A DNA stretch of 64,000 nucleotides from assembly GCA_964497155.1 (NCBI GenBank), contig CAZCCB010000001.1, positions 32,766 to 96,765 of the forward strand, written 5' to 3'. The stretch's first letter is position 1. Each line of letters begins with the position of its first letter. The stretch is from an uncultured Nitrososphaerota archaeon (lineage in GTDB: Archaea; Thermoproteota; Methanomethylicia; Culexarchaeales; Culexmicrobiaceae). Under the pieces are notes generated by a model. It ran no database searches and had not been told where the DNA came from. It saw nothing but the letters and a program-made list of their open reading frames with translations. The position numbers and the translations under genes are program-made. This document shows positions 1 through 8,780 of this stretch, piece after piece.

Positions 1-35
1 GTAAATAAAATTATTTTGCTGTTCGGAGAATTATA

Positions 36-248
36 TTGGGGTTAGCTATGAATTTGAGTGATAGGTCTCCATTTACTACTGGATTTAAATTTTTAGGAAT
101 AGCACTTGATATAGCGATCTTCACTTTCATAGGGTATTATATCGGAAAGCAGATTGGATATGAGCTTTTAGGTGCTCTTTTAGGTGCATTATTTGGAACT
201 GCATTAACATGGTATTATTTATTTAAAATTGCTAGAAAACTTAGTTAA
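36..248 (+). CDS. small hydrophobic membrane protein (two predicted TM helices), function unknown
   Basis: 70-aa ORF, very hydrophobic with glycine-zipper-like GxxxG repeats (LGALLGALFG). Lies convergent to the ATPase I gene. No recognisable family. Confidence 0.35.
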   Translation: MGLAMNLSDRSPFTTGFKFLGIALDIAIFTFIGYYIGKQIGYELLGALLGALFGTALTWYYLFKIARKLS

Positions 249-274
249 TAAAGAAATGGAATGAGAAATAATAA

Positions 275-1867
275 TTATAATGATATTAGGGTGAAGGGTT
301 TAAATTCGTATCCTTCTCCTTTATAGAATTTTAGGAACCATTCAACCCAGTGAAGCCTTAATGTATGCATGAATGATAGTAATGATTCAAGCATTAATAT
401 TAGTAAGTTAAATCCGATGAATGCTCCAATAAATGCTATAGTTGATCCTGCAAAGTTAAATGGTAGTTTTGCAAATATTGTGTGCGCCATGTTTAATGCT
501 AGTATTCGGCTATAGGATACTGTATTTGATATTGATGCTAAGAATGATTCTAATGTTGAACCAAATCCCTCGGATGCTCCCTCAATTAAAATTCGTAACA
601 CTAGCATTACTATGAATGGAATTATTATAAATGGGATCATAATGTCCATTCTAAATATTACTTCAAATATTCTTGATCTATATGTTATGAATAGGTATGC
701 ACCACTACCATATAGCCAAAGCCATGTTCCCGGTCCTGCAATTGCATGTTTAAATTCTTTATTTGAAATTTTGTTTATTAAGTCCAGTATTATTCCTAAT
801 GTTATGTGAGCTATTGCTATGAATATGCATATTTTTAATAGATACATAGGTTCATGGTAGGGGCTAAACCATAATGGTCCATGTTCTTTTCCAAGTGCAT
901 GTAGAATTGGTTTAAATAGCATTTCAAACCATTCTTCACTTCCAAAGAATTCTCCATAAAGTATACCGAAAATTATGCTTGAAATTCCGCATAGTAATAG
1001 TAATGGTGAACCTTGAACTATATAGTTCAACATTTCTCCGAATTGCACTCCCTTCATTTTATAGTGAAGTGCTAGTAATGCTACTAATGTTACTATTAAT
1101 CCATGACCCACATCTCCGAACATGAATCCAAATATTATTGGGAATGAAAATACCATTATTGGTGTTGGATCTATTTCTTCATATGATGGTACTCCAATAG
1201 CTTTGGTTAATGCCCCGAAGGATGTTAGTATTCCTTTATATTCAATTAGTGTTGGTGGATGATCATGATGTCCTGGTTCGACTATTTCCATTACGAATTT
1301 ATCTTGAGTGGATTTCTTGAGGATTTCAATTAATTTGCTATAATACTTTTTAGGTATCCATCCAGTTATTACATTGAATGTTTCTCCGCATTTTCCAATT
1401 ATGGATTTTGCTTCTTCAAGTTTTTTATACTTTAAGGTTACTCCAAGCCATAAAGCTAATTTATCTTTAACTTCACTAGCTATTTCACTTAGTCTCTTTC
1501 TTAATAATTCTATTTTTTCAGTTTCACCTTTTTCTTCAAGTTTTGAAATTGCAAATCTTATGTTATTAACTTCCTCCTCTATTTTGCTAAGTTCCTCTTC
1601 CACTTTACTTATATCTTCCTTACCAACTTTGGGCGATATTTTTAAGTTTAGATTTAAGGCTAATTCCTCTATTCTAGTTGCAAGGCTTGTATATTTGTAG
1701 TAAGCGTCTGATAACCCCATTGGTTTAACTATTTCCTTTAATTCTTCATCATCCTCTACATTAGATAAATGGAGTATTTCAACTTCGCCTAAAGCTATTA
1801 ATATATTATTTAAATATTCTCTCGGTATTAGTATCCGTACTTTAAACATTGGTTCAGATTTAAACAC
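275..1867 (-). CDS. atpI: A/V-type ATP synthase subunit I (a-subunit, 116 kDa family)
   Basis: N-terminal soluble coiled-coil domain followed by a C-terminal polytopic membrane domain. The conserved Arg-containing helix (LRLHWVEWF) is typical of V/A-ATPase a-subunits. A GGAGG Shine-Dalgarno-like motif sits just upstream of the GTG start. Confidence 0.75.
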   Translation of the reverse strand: MFKSEPMFKVRILIPREYLNNILIALGEVEILHLSNVEDDEELKEIVKPMGLSDAYYKYTSLATRIEELALNLNLKISPKVGKEDISKVEEELSKIEEEVNNIRFAISKLEEKGETEKIELLRKRLSEIASEVKDKLALWLGVTLKYKKLEEAKSIIGKCGETFNVITGWIPKKYYSKLIEILKKSTQDKFVMEIVEPGHHDHPPTLIEYKGILTSFGALTKAIGVPSYEEIDPTPIMVFSFPIIFGFMFGDVGHGLIVTLVALLALHYKMKGVQFGEMLNYIVQGSPLLLLCGISSIIFGILYGEFFGSEEWFEMLFKPILHALGKEHGPLWFSPYHEPMYLLKICIFIAIAHITLGIILDLINKISNKEFKHAIAGPGTWLWLYGSGAYLFITYRSRIFEVIFRMDIMIPFIIIPFIVMLVLRILIEGASEGFGSTLESFLASISNTVSYSRILALNMAHTIFAKLPFNFAGSTIAFIGAFIGFNLLILMLESLLSFMHTLRLHWVEWFLKFYKGEGYEFKPFTLISL

Positions 1868-2066
1868 TCTGCCCCCTCCGCTGTTTCCTCATTTAAGCTA
1901 AGTGATTTTTAGTTGAACACTTTATATAACTTTTGAAGATGCTGTCGATGAGGGATATTTTCAAGTTTCTTTCAAAAATTATGGTGTGTAATCGTTACTT
2001 TTTTATATTCTACGCTATCCGTATCATTACGAGTTAACTATTACATAGTGATGCTGGTGGTGTATC

Positions 2067-4148
2067 ATGTATCCATATGCAGCTTGGTTATGTTGGGTAG
2101 TTCCAATTATTGGTGCAGTATTAACTCCAATAGTAGCTAAGTTAAGTGAGAAAGCTAGGGATTACTTTGCAGTATTCATATCATTTATAGCTGCAATCAT
2201 GGCTACATTATTAATACCATACGGGCTTTCAGGTGAATTTGAAATTCCAGGGGTTGGTAGAGTACCATTACCAGCTGATTGGAGAATTGATTGGATTAAA
2301 ATTTATGGAGTTAAAATTGATGCTGGAGTTCTAGTTGATCCATTAAGCATTTTCATGGCCAATGTAGTTGCTTGGATTTCCTTCTTAATTATGGTTTATA
2401 GTTTAGGATACATGCATGGTGAGGAAGGACTTACAAGGTACTGGTTCTTCATGAATTTCTTCATTGGAAATATGCTACTACTAGTAATGTCGGATAATAT
2501 ACTTCAATTGCTCTTTGGATGGGAAGGAGTAGGCTTATGCAGTTATGCATTAATTGGTTTTTGGTATCATGATGAACGTAAGAGATGGGTTGGTAATATA
2601 CCGCCTTCACATGCTGGAATGAAGGCTTTCATAATGACTAGAGCTGGCGATGTAGCATTAATGATTTCAGCCTTCATAATATTCACTCAGGCTGGAACAT
2701 TTAATTTCTTGGAGCTTCAACATCATTATGAATGGATAGTTGAATTGGCTAAACTTGGACTAGTTGTTCCAGTGGCAATAATGTTCTTTGGAGGTCCAGT
2801 TGGTAAGTCAGCTCAGTTTCCATTGCATGAATGGCTTCCAGAGGCAATGGCGGGTCCAACATCTGTTTCAGCACTTATACATGCAGCCACAATGGTTAAG
2901 GCTGGAGTTTACCTAACTGCCAGAGTATTTCCAATATTTACTGAGAGTTTCAGATTAGCTTCAGAACACTTAGCTGATACTATGACTAGAAGCCTAATTT
3001 TATCTGCTCAAAATCAATTCTTTAATGTAGTTGCTTGGATTGGTGCATTTACAGCTTTCCTAGCTGCTACTCAAGCTATGGTTGCTAGGGAATTAAAGAA
3101 GGTACTTGCATATTCAACTGTCTCACAAATAGGTTACATGATGTTAGCTTTAGGCGTAGGTGGATTAGCAGGAGAATATGCAGCTGAGGGATATGTTGCC
3201 GGATTATTCCACTTAATGAGTCATGCAATTTTTAAGGCACTACTCTTCATGGCAGCAGGTGCAGTCTTACATGCATGTGAAACAACGGATATGTTTAATA
3301 TGGGTGGAATTAGAAGGGAAATGCCCATAACATTTTGGTGTATGGTTATAGGTGCACTTTCACTTTCAGGTATACCTCCACTGAGTGGATTTTGGAGTAA
3401 AGAGGCAATATTTACTGCATGCTTAATATCAGGTCAATATGCTTTATTGGCATTAGCAGCAATAACAGCTGCAATAACATTCTTCTATAGCTTAAGATTA
3501 ATTGGAGTAACATTTCTAGGTGAGAAGAGCCATCATTTAAAGGAGCTTGAAGAGGAGGGTCATCATATTCATGAAGCACCAGCGGTAATGTGGGTCTCAT
3601 ATGGAATATTAGCTGCAGCAACAATTGGAATTGGAGTGATAGGTCCAATATTTGAACATGGATTACATAGTTTTCTAGAATTATCACTTCATTCACATCA
3701 TATGCAAGAATTATTGGCTTCCGCAATATCATTTGAAGCTGAAGCAGTAGATATATCAATTAAAATGACAACTTCAATGATCACTGCTTTAATGCTACTA
3801 TTAGGTGGAATACCCGGCTATTACCTATATATTGCTAGAAGAGTTGATCCCAAAGCTATAGTTGATAAGTATGGATTAAAGCCGCTATATAATTTCCTAT
3901 GGAATAGATGGTACATAAATCCAACTTACTATAAAGTGCTAGTTTATGGAGTAATAGATTTCAGTAGAGCATTATTCAAGCATTTTGAAGTTAAAGTCGT
4001 TGACGGCTTTAACTATGCACTTGCAAAGGCTACAGTAGCATTTTCAAATGGATTTAGAAGAATTCAAACAGGAATACTTCCATATAATATGCTTGGAATT
4101 GCAATAGGAATTCTACTATTAGCCGCACTCATATTATTAGGAATTTAA
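2067..4148 (+). CDS. nuoL: NADH-quinone oxidoreductase subunit L-like (NuoL/MrpA antiporter family)
   Basis: Contains the motif LLFGWEGVGLCSYALIGFWY (the NuoL LFxxWExxGxxSYLLIG signature). Polytopic membrane protein of 693 aa with a long C-terminal extension consistent with the NuoL transverse helix. Confidence 0.8.
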   Translation: MYPYAAWLCWVVPIIGAVLTPIVAKLSEKARDYFAVFISFIAAIMATLLIPYGLSGEFEIPGVGRVPLPADWRIDWIKIYGVKIDAGVLVDPLSIFMANVVAWISFLIMVYSLGYMHGEEGLTRYWFFMNFFIGNMLLLVMSDNILQLLFGWEGVGLCSYALIGFWYHDERKRWVGNIPPSHAGMKAFIMTRAGDVALMISAFIIFTQAGTFNFLELQHHYEWIVELAKLGLVVPVAIMFFGGPVGKSAQFPLHEWLPEAMAGPTSVSALIHAATMVKAGVYLTARVFPIFTESFRLASEHLADTMTRSLILSAQNQFFNVVAWIGAFTAFLAATQAMVARELKKVLAYSTVSQIGYMMLALGVGGLAGEYAAEGYVAGLFHLMSHAIFKALLFMAAGAVLHACETTDMFNMGGIRREMPITFWCMVIGALSLSGIPPLSGFWSKEAIFTACLISGQYALLALAAITAAITFFYSLRLIGVTFLGEKSHHLKELEEEGHHIHEAPAVMWVSYGILAAATIGIGVIGPIFEHGLHSFLELSLHSHHMQELLASAISFEAEAVDISIKMTTSMITALMLLLGGIPGYYLYIARRVDPKAIVDKYGLKPLYNFLWNRWYINPTYYKVLVYGVIDFSRALFKHFEVKVVDGFNYALAKATVAFSNGFRRIQTGILPYNMLGIAIGILLLAALILLGI

Positions 4149-4210
4149 TCTTTTTCTTTACAATTAATTTTACGTACAATTTAAATAATTGATTTCATCT
4201 AATTAGCTAG

Positions 4211-4639
4211 GTGAATTTAATGCCAATTGCAATTAAGGTTAGAGATGTTATGGATAAAAATGTATTCCTCGTTGAAGCTAATGAACCAGTAATGAAAGCA
4301 TTACAAACAATGATTGAGAAAGGTGTTTGGTCAGTAGTAATTACCGATAAAGGATTACCAGTAGGTGTAATTACTGAGAGAGACATTTTACGTAGATGTA
4401 TAGTTAAGGGTCTAGATATCAATAAATGCACCTGTAAAGAAATAATGTCAAGCCCATTAATAACAATAGGTCCAGACCAACCATTAGGTGATGCATGGAC
4501 AATAATGACTGAGAAGAAAATAAGAAGAGTGTATGTCGTAGAGAAAGGGAAAATTATTGGAAGAGTAACACAAACAACTCTATTCAATAAACTTTTAGAA
4601 TTAGTATTAGCATTAAGCTCAATCAAATATACATTGTAG
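4211..4639 (+). CDS. CBS-domain pair protein
   Basis: Two CBS-like segments (VMDKNVFLVEANEPVMKALQTM..., GVITERDILRR..., ...VYVVEKGKIIGRVTQTTL). Confidence 0.65.
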   Translation: MNLMPIAIKVRDVMDKNVFLVEANEPVMKALQTMIEKGVWSVVITDKGLPVGVITERDILRRCIVKGLDINKCTCKEIMSSPLITIGPDQPLGDAWTIMTEKKIRRVYVVEKGKIIGRVTQTTLFNKLLELVLALSSIKYTL

Positions 4640-4711
4640 AAGTGTCGCCCCGCTGACCGAAGCTGGATCATCGATATAAATGTAATCTCACCAGCTTGCG
4701 AGAGCGGGGCG
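4640..4711 (-). ncRNA. candidate archaeal H/ACA guide sRNA (single hairpin)
   Basis: GC-rich island in an AT-rich intergenic region. Minus strand reads 5'-CGCCCCGC/TCTCGC/AAGCTGG-[24-nt apical loop starting UGA and ending GAUGAU, K-loop-like]-CCAGCUU/CGGUCA/GCGGGGCG-ACA-CU-3'. It has an 8-bp lower stem, a 6+6-nt internal loop (pseudouridylation pocket), a 7-bp upper stem and an ACA box immediately 3' of the stem. Confidence 0.5.
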
Positions 4712-4767
4712 GGCTCAGACTACCTACCAATCATCACTATTCAGAGTCGCCTGAGCTCCTCACAGCC
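4712..4767 (-). ncRNA. candidate box C/D sRNA (2'-O-methylation guide)
   Basis: Minus strand reads 5'-GGC-UGUGAGGA(C box, 6/7)-GCUCAGGCGACU(12 nt)-CUGA(D')-AUA-GUGAUGA(C', perfect)-UUGGUAGGUAGU(12 nt)-CUGA(D)-GCC-3'. It has a terminal GGC/GCC stem and canonical 12-nt guide spacings. It is about 56 nt long, GC-rich and intergenic. Confidence 0.65.
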
Positions 4768-4843
4768 AATCTATAATCCATAAAATTCAAATTTATTTTT
4801 GTTTAAATATCACCCTAAACTAAAATTATATGGAGGTTTATAA

Positions 4844-6220
4844 TTGGAAATTAAATATGAATTATTAAATGCAGTTGAAAGTAATTTTAATGAATTAATA
4901 GAGTTATTTCAATCAATAATCAAGATAGATACATCAAATCCACCTGGAAATGAAGTCAAATTAGCAGAACATCTCTATAATGTTTTATCGAGAGAGGGAA
5001 TAAATTGCGAAATAATTGAATCAAGCCCTAATAGAGGTAATATTATTGCAAAAATTAATGGTGAGAGCAATAAGAGACTAATGTATCTCTCACATTTAGA
5101 TGTAGTTCCAGCCCAAAATCCAGAATTATGGAAATATCCACCATTCTCAGGATACATTGAAGGCAATTGGATTTATGGTAGAGGTGCTATTGACTGTAAA
5201 AGCATGGTTGCATCAATGCTCTACTCCCTCATAATATTAAAGAGATTAAATATTAAACCAAAATTTACCTTAATATTTGCCTCAACTGCTGATGAAGAAA
5301 TGGGTGGAAGAGTGGGGTTAGGATGGCTAATTGAACATTATCCTGAAAAGGTTAAGGCTGAATACGTAATTAATGAAGGTGGAGGTCTACCATTAAAATT
5401 AAAGGAGAAACATTTAGTCTACTTAGTTGATGTGGCTGAGAAAGGTGCATGCTGGATTAAGGTTAAGTTTAAAGGAAGAAGTGGACATGCATCAATACCT
5501 CAATTTAAGGATAATGCACTAATTAGACTTGGAGAAGCAATAATAAGGATTTCTAAATTTAGAGTTCCACCATACTATGTTGAAGCTGTAAAGATCCTTA
5601 TTGAGGAACTCTTAATTCTTCAACTTGGATTTAAGGGGAAGTTAATTTCAAAATTAATTATGAGCCCGATTGGAGAATTAATTCTATCAAGAATGGAGAA
5701 AAATCAACCTGAATTCACTTCATTTTTAAAGGCAATTACTAGAATGACTATGACTCCAACCATAGTTAAGGGTGGAGTTAAAGAAAATGTAATTCCAAGT
5801 GAATGCGAATTAACCATTGACTGCAGAATTCTACCTGGCCAGGATGAAAAATATGTTATTAAGATGATCAATAAGGTATTAAGTGGAATTAGTGGTTATG
5901 AAGTTCATATTAAAACTTGTTCTCAAGCATCAAGTTCACCCATAAATAAGTTCTTTCTCAACTCAATTGAATCGACAATGAAAACTATAATTCCAAATTA
6001 TAATGTTAAATTAGCTCCATATATACTTCCAGCATCTTCAGATAGTAGATATTTAAGAAGGCTTGGAGCAATAGTTTATGGTTTCGCACCATTAAATCCA
6101 GAAATTGATTATAGGGAAATTATGGGATTAGCTCATGGAGTCAATGAAAGAATTGATATTGAAAGCTTAAAAGTAATGTGTAAGTTCTTTACACTACTTC
6201 CATGTAAAATTGGTGCATAA
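4844..6220 (+). CDS. M20 family metallopeptidase (ArgE/DapE/CPG2-like deacylase)
   Basis: Metal-ligand motifs of the M20 family are present: SHLDVVP, GRGAIDCKS and ADEEMGG. 458 aa with a dimerisation-domain-sized insert. Confidence 0.7.
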   Translation: MEIKYELLNAVESNFNELIELFQSIIKIDTSNPPGNEVKLAEHLYNVLSREGINCEIIESSPNRGNIIAKINGESNKRLMYLSHLDVVPAQNPELWKYPPFSGYIEGNWIYGRGAIDCKSMVASMLYSLIILKRLNIKPKFTLIFASTADEEMGGRVGLGWLIEHYPEKVKAEYVINEGGGLPLKLKEKHLVYLVDVAEKGACWIKVKFKGRSGHASIPQFKDNALIRLGEAIIRISKFRVPPYYVEAVKILIEELLILQLGFKGKLISKLIMSPIGELILSRMEKNQPEFTSFLKAITRMTMTPTIVKGGVKENVIPSECELTIDCRILPGQDEKYVIKMINKVLSGISGYEVHIKTCSQASSSPINKFFLNSIESTMKTIIPNYNVKLAPYILPASSDSRYLRRLGAIVYGFAPLNPEIDYREIMGLAHGVNERIDIESLKVMCKFFTLLPCKIGA

Positions 6221-7259
6221 AATGATAAAAATTGATGGGTCAATTGGAAGCGGTAGTGGAACTATATTACGCCTATCATTAGCATTCTCAGCTATTCTCA
6301 ATGAGGAACTCCACATATTTAATATTAGAGCTAAGAGAAGTCCATCAGGATTGAGACCTCAACACCTCAAAGCAGTTTTAACTGCAGCTAAAATCTGTAA
6401 TGCTAAAGTTAAAAATGCAAAAGTTGGAGCAAAAGAATTATGGTTCAAACCTAATGGAATCAGAGGTGGAAAATTTAAAATTGAAATTGGAACTGCTGGA
6501 AGCATTCCAATGCTATTTTTAACAGTGCTTCCAATATCAATTTTCGCTGATAAACCAGTTGAAATTCAAGTATCCAAAGGTGGAACTGATGTTCATAGAT
6601 CTCCAACAATAAATTACCTTAAGTATATTCTACTACCGGTCTTAAGATTAATGAATATTCATGCCGAAATTGAAGTTAGAAAATATGGTTATTATCCTAA
6701 AGGTATGGGAGAAGCTATTCTAAAAGTCAATCCAACTAAAAGTATTAAGAGTATAGATTTTTCTAATAGAGGTAAAATTCTAAGTATAAATGGAATTTCA
6801 ATTTGCACTTTCCTTAAGGATCGTAGAGTAGCTGAACGTCAAGCTAAATCGGCAATTAATTATTTAAAATCTAAAGGGATTGAATGTAGTCAAATAAAGA
6901 TACACTATGATTTTTCCAATCCACTTCAAAAGGGAAGCTCAATAGTATTATGGGCTGAAACTGAATGTAAATCTAGAATTGGTGCAGATGCTATCGGAGC
7001 CATTCGCAAGCCCAGTGAAGTCGTTGGTAGAGAGGCTGCTGAAAAACTCTTAATTGAACTAAATTCTAAAGCCTCAATTGATACACATTTAGCTGACATG
7101 TTAATTCCATACATGGCATTTGCGAAAAATTCTTCAATCTATACTGTTAGGTCAATTACTGAGCACATATCAACTAATATTAGGCTGTGTGAATCAATAT
7201 TAGGTGTAGAGTTCAAGGTAAAAAGAATCGGTAAAATTTACAGAGTAGAGCGAAGATAA
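6210..7259 (+). CDS. rtcA: RNA 3'-terminal phosphate cyclase
   Basis: N-terminal IDGSIGSGSGTILRLSLAFSAI matches the RtcA signature. HLADMLIPYMAFA lies near the C-terminus. The likely true start is the ATG at 6222, two nt after the upstream stop. Confidence 0.8.
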   Translation: MVHKMIKIDGSIGSGSGTILRLSLAFSAILNEELHIFNIRAKRSPSGLRPQHLKAVLTAAKICNAKVKNAKVGAKELWFKPNGIRGGKFKIEIGTAGSIPMLFLTVLPISIFADKPVEIQVSKGGTDVHRSPTINYLKYILLPVLRLMNIHAEIEVRKYGYYPKGMGEAILKVNPTKSIKSIDFSNRGKILSINGISICTFLKDRRVAERQAKSAINYLKSKGIECSQIKIHYDFSNPLQKGSSIVLWAETECKSRIGADAIGAIRKPSEVVGREAAEKLLIELNSKASIDTHLADMLIPYMAFAKNSSIYTVRSITEHISTNIRLCESILGVEFKVKRIGKIYRVERR

Positions 7260-7261
7260 CG

Positions 7262-8698
7262 GTGAAAGCAATGTTCAAAGTAAGAATTCGAGGAATATAT
7301 GCTACTGCATTAACCAAATTATTACTTGATGAGGGATTTGAAATAGTTCAGCCATCATATGTTATTGAAGAGAGATTTCATTTAAATTCAAATGATCTAT
7401 CAAAACCATTGGATATAGACATATTTGATAGAAGTGATAGACAGGGAGTATATGCTTTATGCTTAAATAATGCTGATAATGCATTAAAATCTGTTCTTCA
7501 AGAAAAATTACTTGATGTCATAATTAGAAAGTGGAAAGTTCAAGTTGGAGGGGTATATAAGGGTTTAATTAAACATGTAGATTTATCTGGTAAAACTGCA
7601 TTTGTCCAGCTAACTAATGATGTTATAGGCTTACTTTATGCATCAAAACCTATTCCTAAGGATTGTAGAGAAATAGTAGTTCAAGTTGAAAGGAAAAATT
7701 TTGGGAGTAAATGTCCAATATTAACCGATCAAATTAAATTAGCAGGAAAATATGCAGTATTAATACCTCAAAATCAAATTAAGATTAGTAGTAAAATTAA
7801 GGATTTAGATAAAAGAAATTATCTATTAAAATTAGGTTTAAAATTTAAACCAGAAAATTGGGGAATTATTTGGAGAACTGCTGCAGCCAATGCTTCAGAA
7901 GATGAACTTAAACAGGAAATAGAATCTTTACTTGAAAAGCTAGATAAAATTTATAAGTCAATTAATGAAGTTGAAGCTCCCTCATTAATACTTAATGGAC
8001 AAACATTATTAAATATAGAATTTCCATATATTTCAAAGAAAACTTTAGATGAAATTAGAAGTAAAGTTGTTCCAACAATTCCTGGACATCACTTCTATAA
8101 AGCATTTAGCTCTGAATTATCAAGTTCAGTTGATATGGCTGAATCATTACTCAGTAAAGGTTTTTCAATTAATGATGTTTATAAGAAATTTATGGAAGAA
8201 TTTTGCTTGCATTTACCATGTAAAGGTGAATTAATACAAATTAAGCATGTAAAGCTTAGCGGTAGGGAAATTAATCTAGGGAAAGCATTAATTGAATACT
8301 TTAATGAGAAAACTGGTGAAATAAAGTTAAAGAGAATAATTCATAGTAAAGGATTTTATAATGGAATTAATGTTGAAAAGAATCCGGGAGATTACGCTAT
8401 AACTGAAACTAAAATTGGTGAGTGGTATTTAAAGACAACCTATTATTCAAATAACGGTGAATCTAAGGGAGTATATATAAACATTAACACCCCCATAGAA
8501 CTTTACTCAACATGCATAAGATATGTTGATTTAGAAATTGATGTATGCATTACTCGTGAAGGTAAAGTTCTGATATTAGATGAAGATAAGCTTATGAAGT
8601 CCTATGAATTAGAATTAATTTCAGATAAATTATTGAATAAGGTTAAGTCGGTTGTGAATCATATTTTAAATGAGATTGTTCCTAAAATTTCTCTCTAA
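7262..8698 (+). CDS. FAU-1-like ribonuclease (archaeal RNase E/G-like, DUF402 family)
   Basis: N-terminus MFKVRIRGIYATALTKLLLDEGFEIVQPS resembles archaeal FAU-1/RNase E-like proteins. About 478 aa. Confidence 0.55.
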   Translation: MKAMFKVRIRGIYATALTKLLLDEGFEIVQPSYVIEERFHLNSNDLSKPLDIDIFDRSDRQGVYALCLNNADNALKSVLQEKLLDVIIRKWKVQVGGVYKGLIKHVDLSGKTAFVQLTNDVIGLLYASKPIPKDCREIVVQVERKNFGSKCPILTDQIKLAGKYAVLIPQNQIKISSKIKDLDKRNYLLKLGLKFKPENWGIIWRTAAANASEDELKQEIESLLEKLDKIYKSINEVEAPSLILNGQTLLNIEFPYISKKTLDEIRSKVVPTIPGHHFYKAFSSELSSSVDMAESLLSKGFSINDVYKKFMEEFCLHLPCKGELIQIKHVKLSGREINLGKALIEYFNEKTGEIKLKRIIHSKGFYNGINVEKNPGDYAITETKIGEWYLKTTYYSNNGESKGVYININTPIELYSTCIRYVDLEIDVCITREGKVLILDEDKLMKSYELELISDKLLNKVKSVVNHILNEIVPKISL

Positions 8699-8780
8699 CC
8701 ATTTAAAATTATCATTAAATTAGGCATAAATGTTTTATATGGTTGATATAGACTGCCATATGCAATAGCTTTACACTAGA

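Noticed and set aside
3412-3759. 115-aa minus-strand ORF inside the nuoL gene. Similar antisense ORFs occur at 612-809, 1374-1700, 4207-4671, 4975-5166, 6926-7114, 8049-8234, 14090-14284 and 17099-17290.
   Set aside because: They are fully embedded antisense or out of frame within well-supported conserved genes. Their composition is low-complexity (Leu/Gln/Ile-rich) and typical of AT-rich antisense frames, so they are treated as spurious.
4640-4790. Considered whether the GC-rich island is a tRNA gene, possibly intron-containing.
   Set aside because: No T-loop (GTTCRAATC) or D-loop consensus and no 7-bp acceptor plus discriminator arrangement on either strand. The geometry instead fits a C/D unit plus an H/ACA hairpin.
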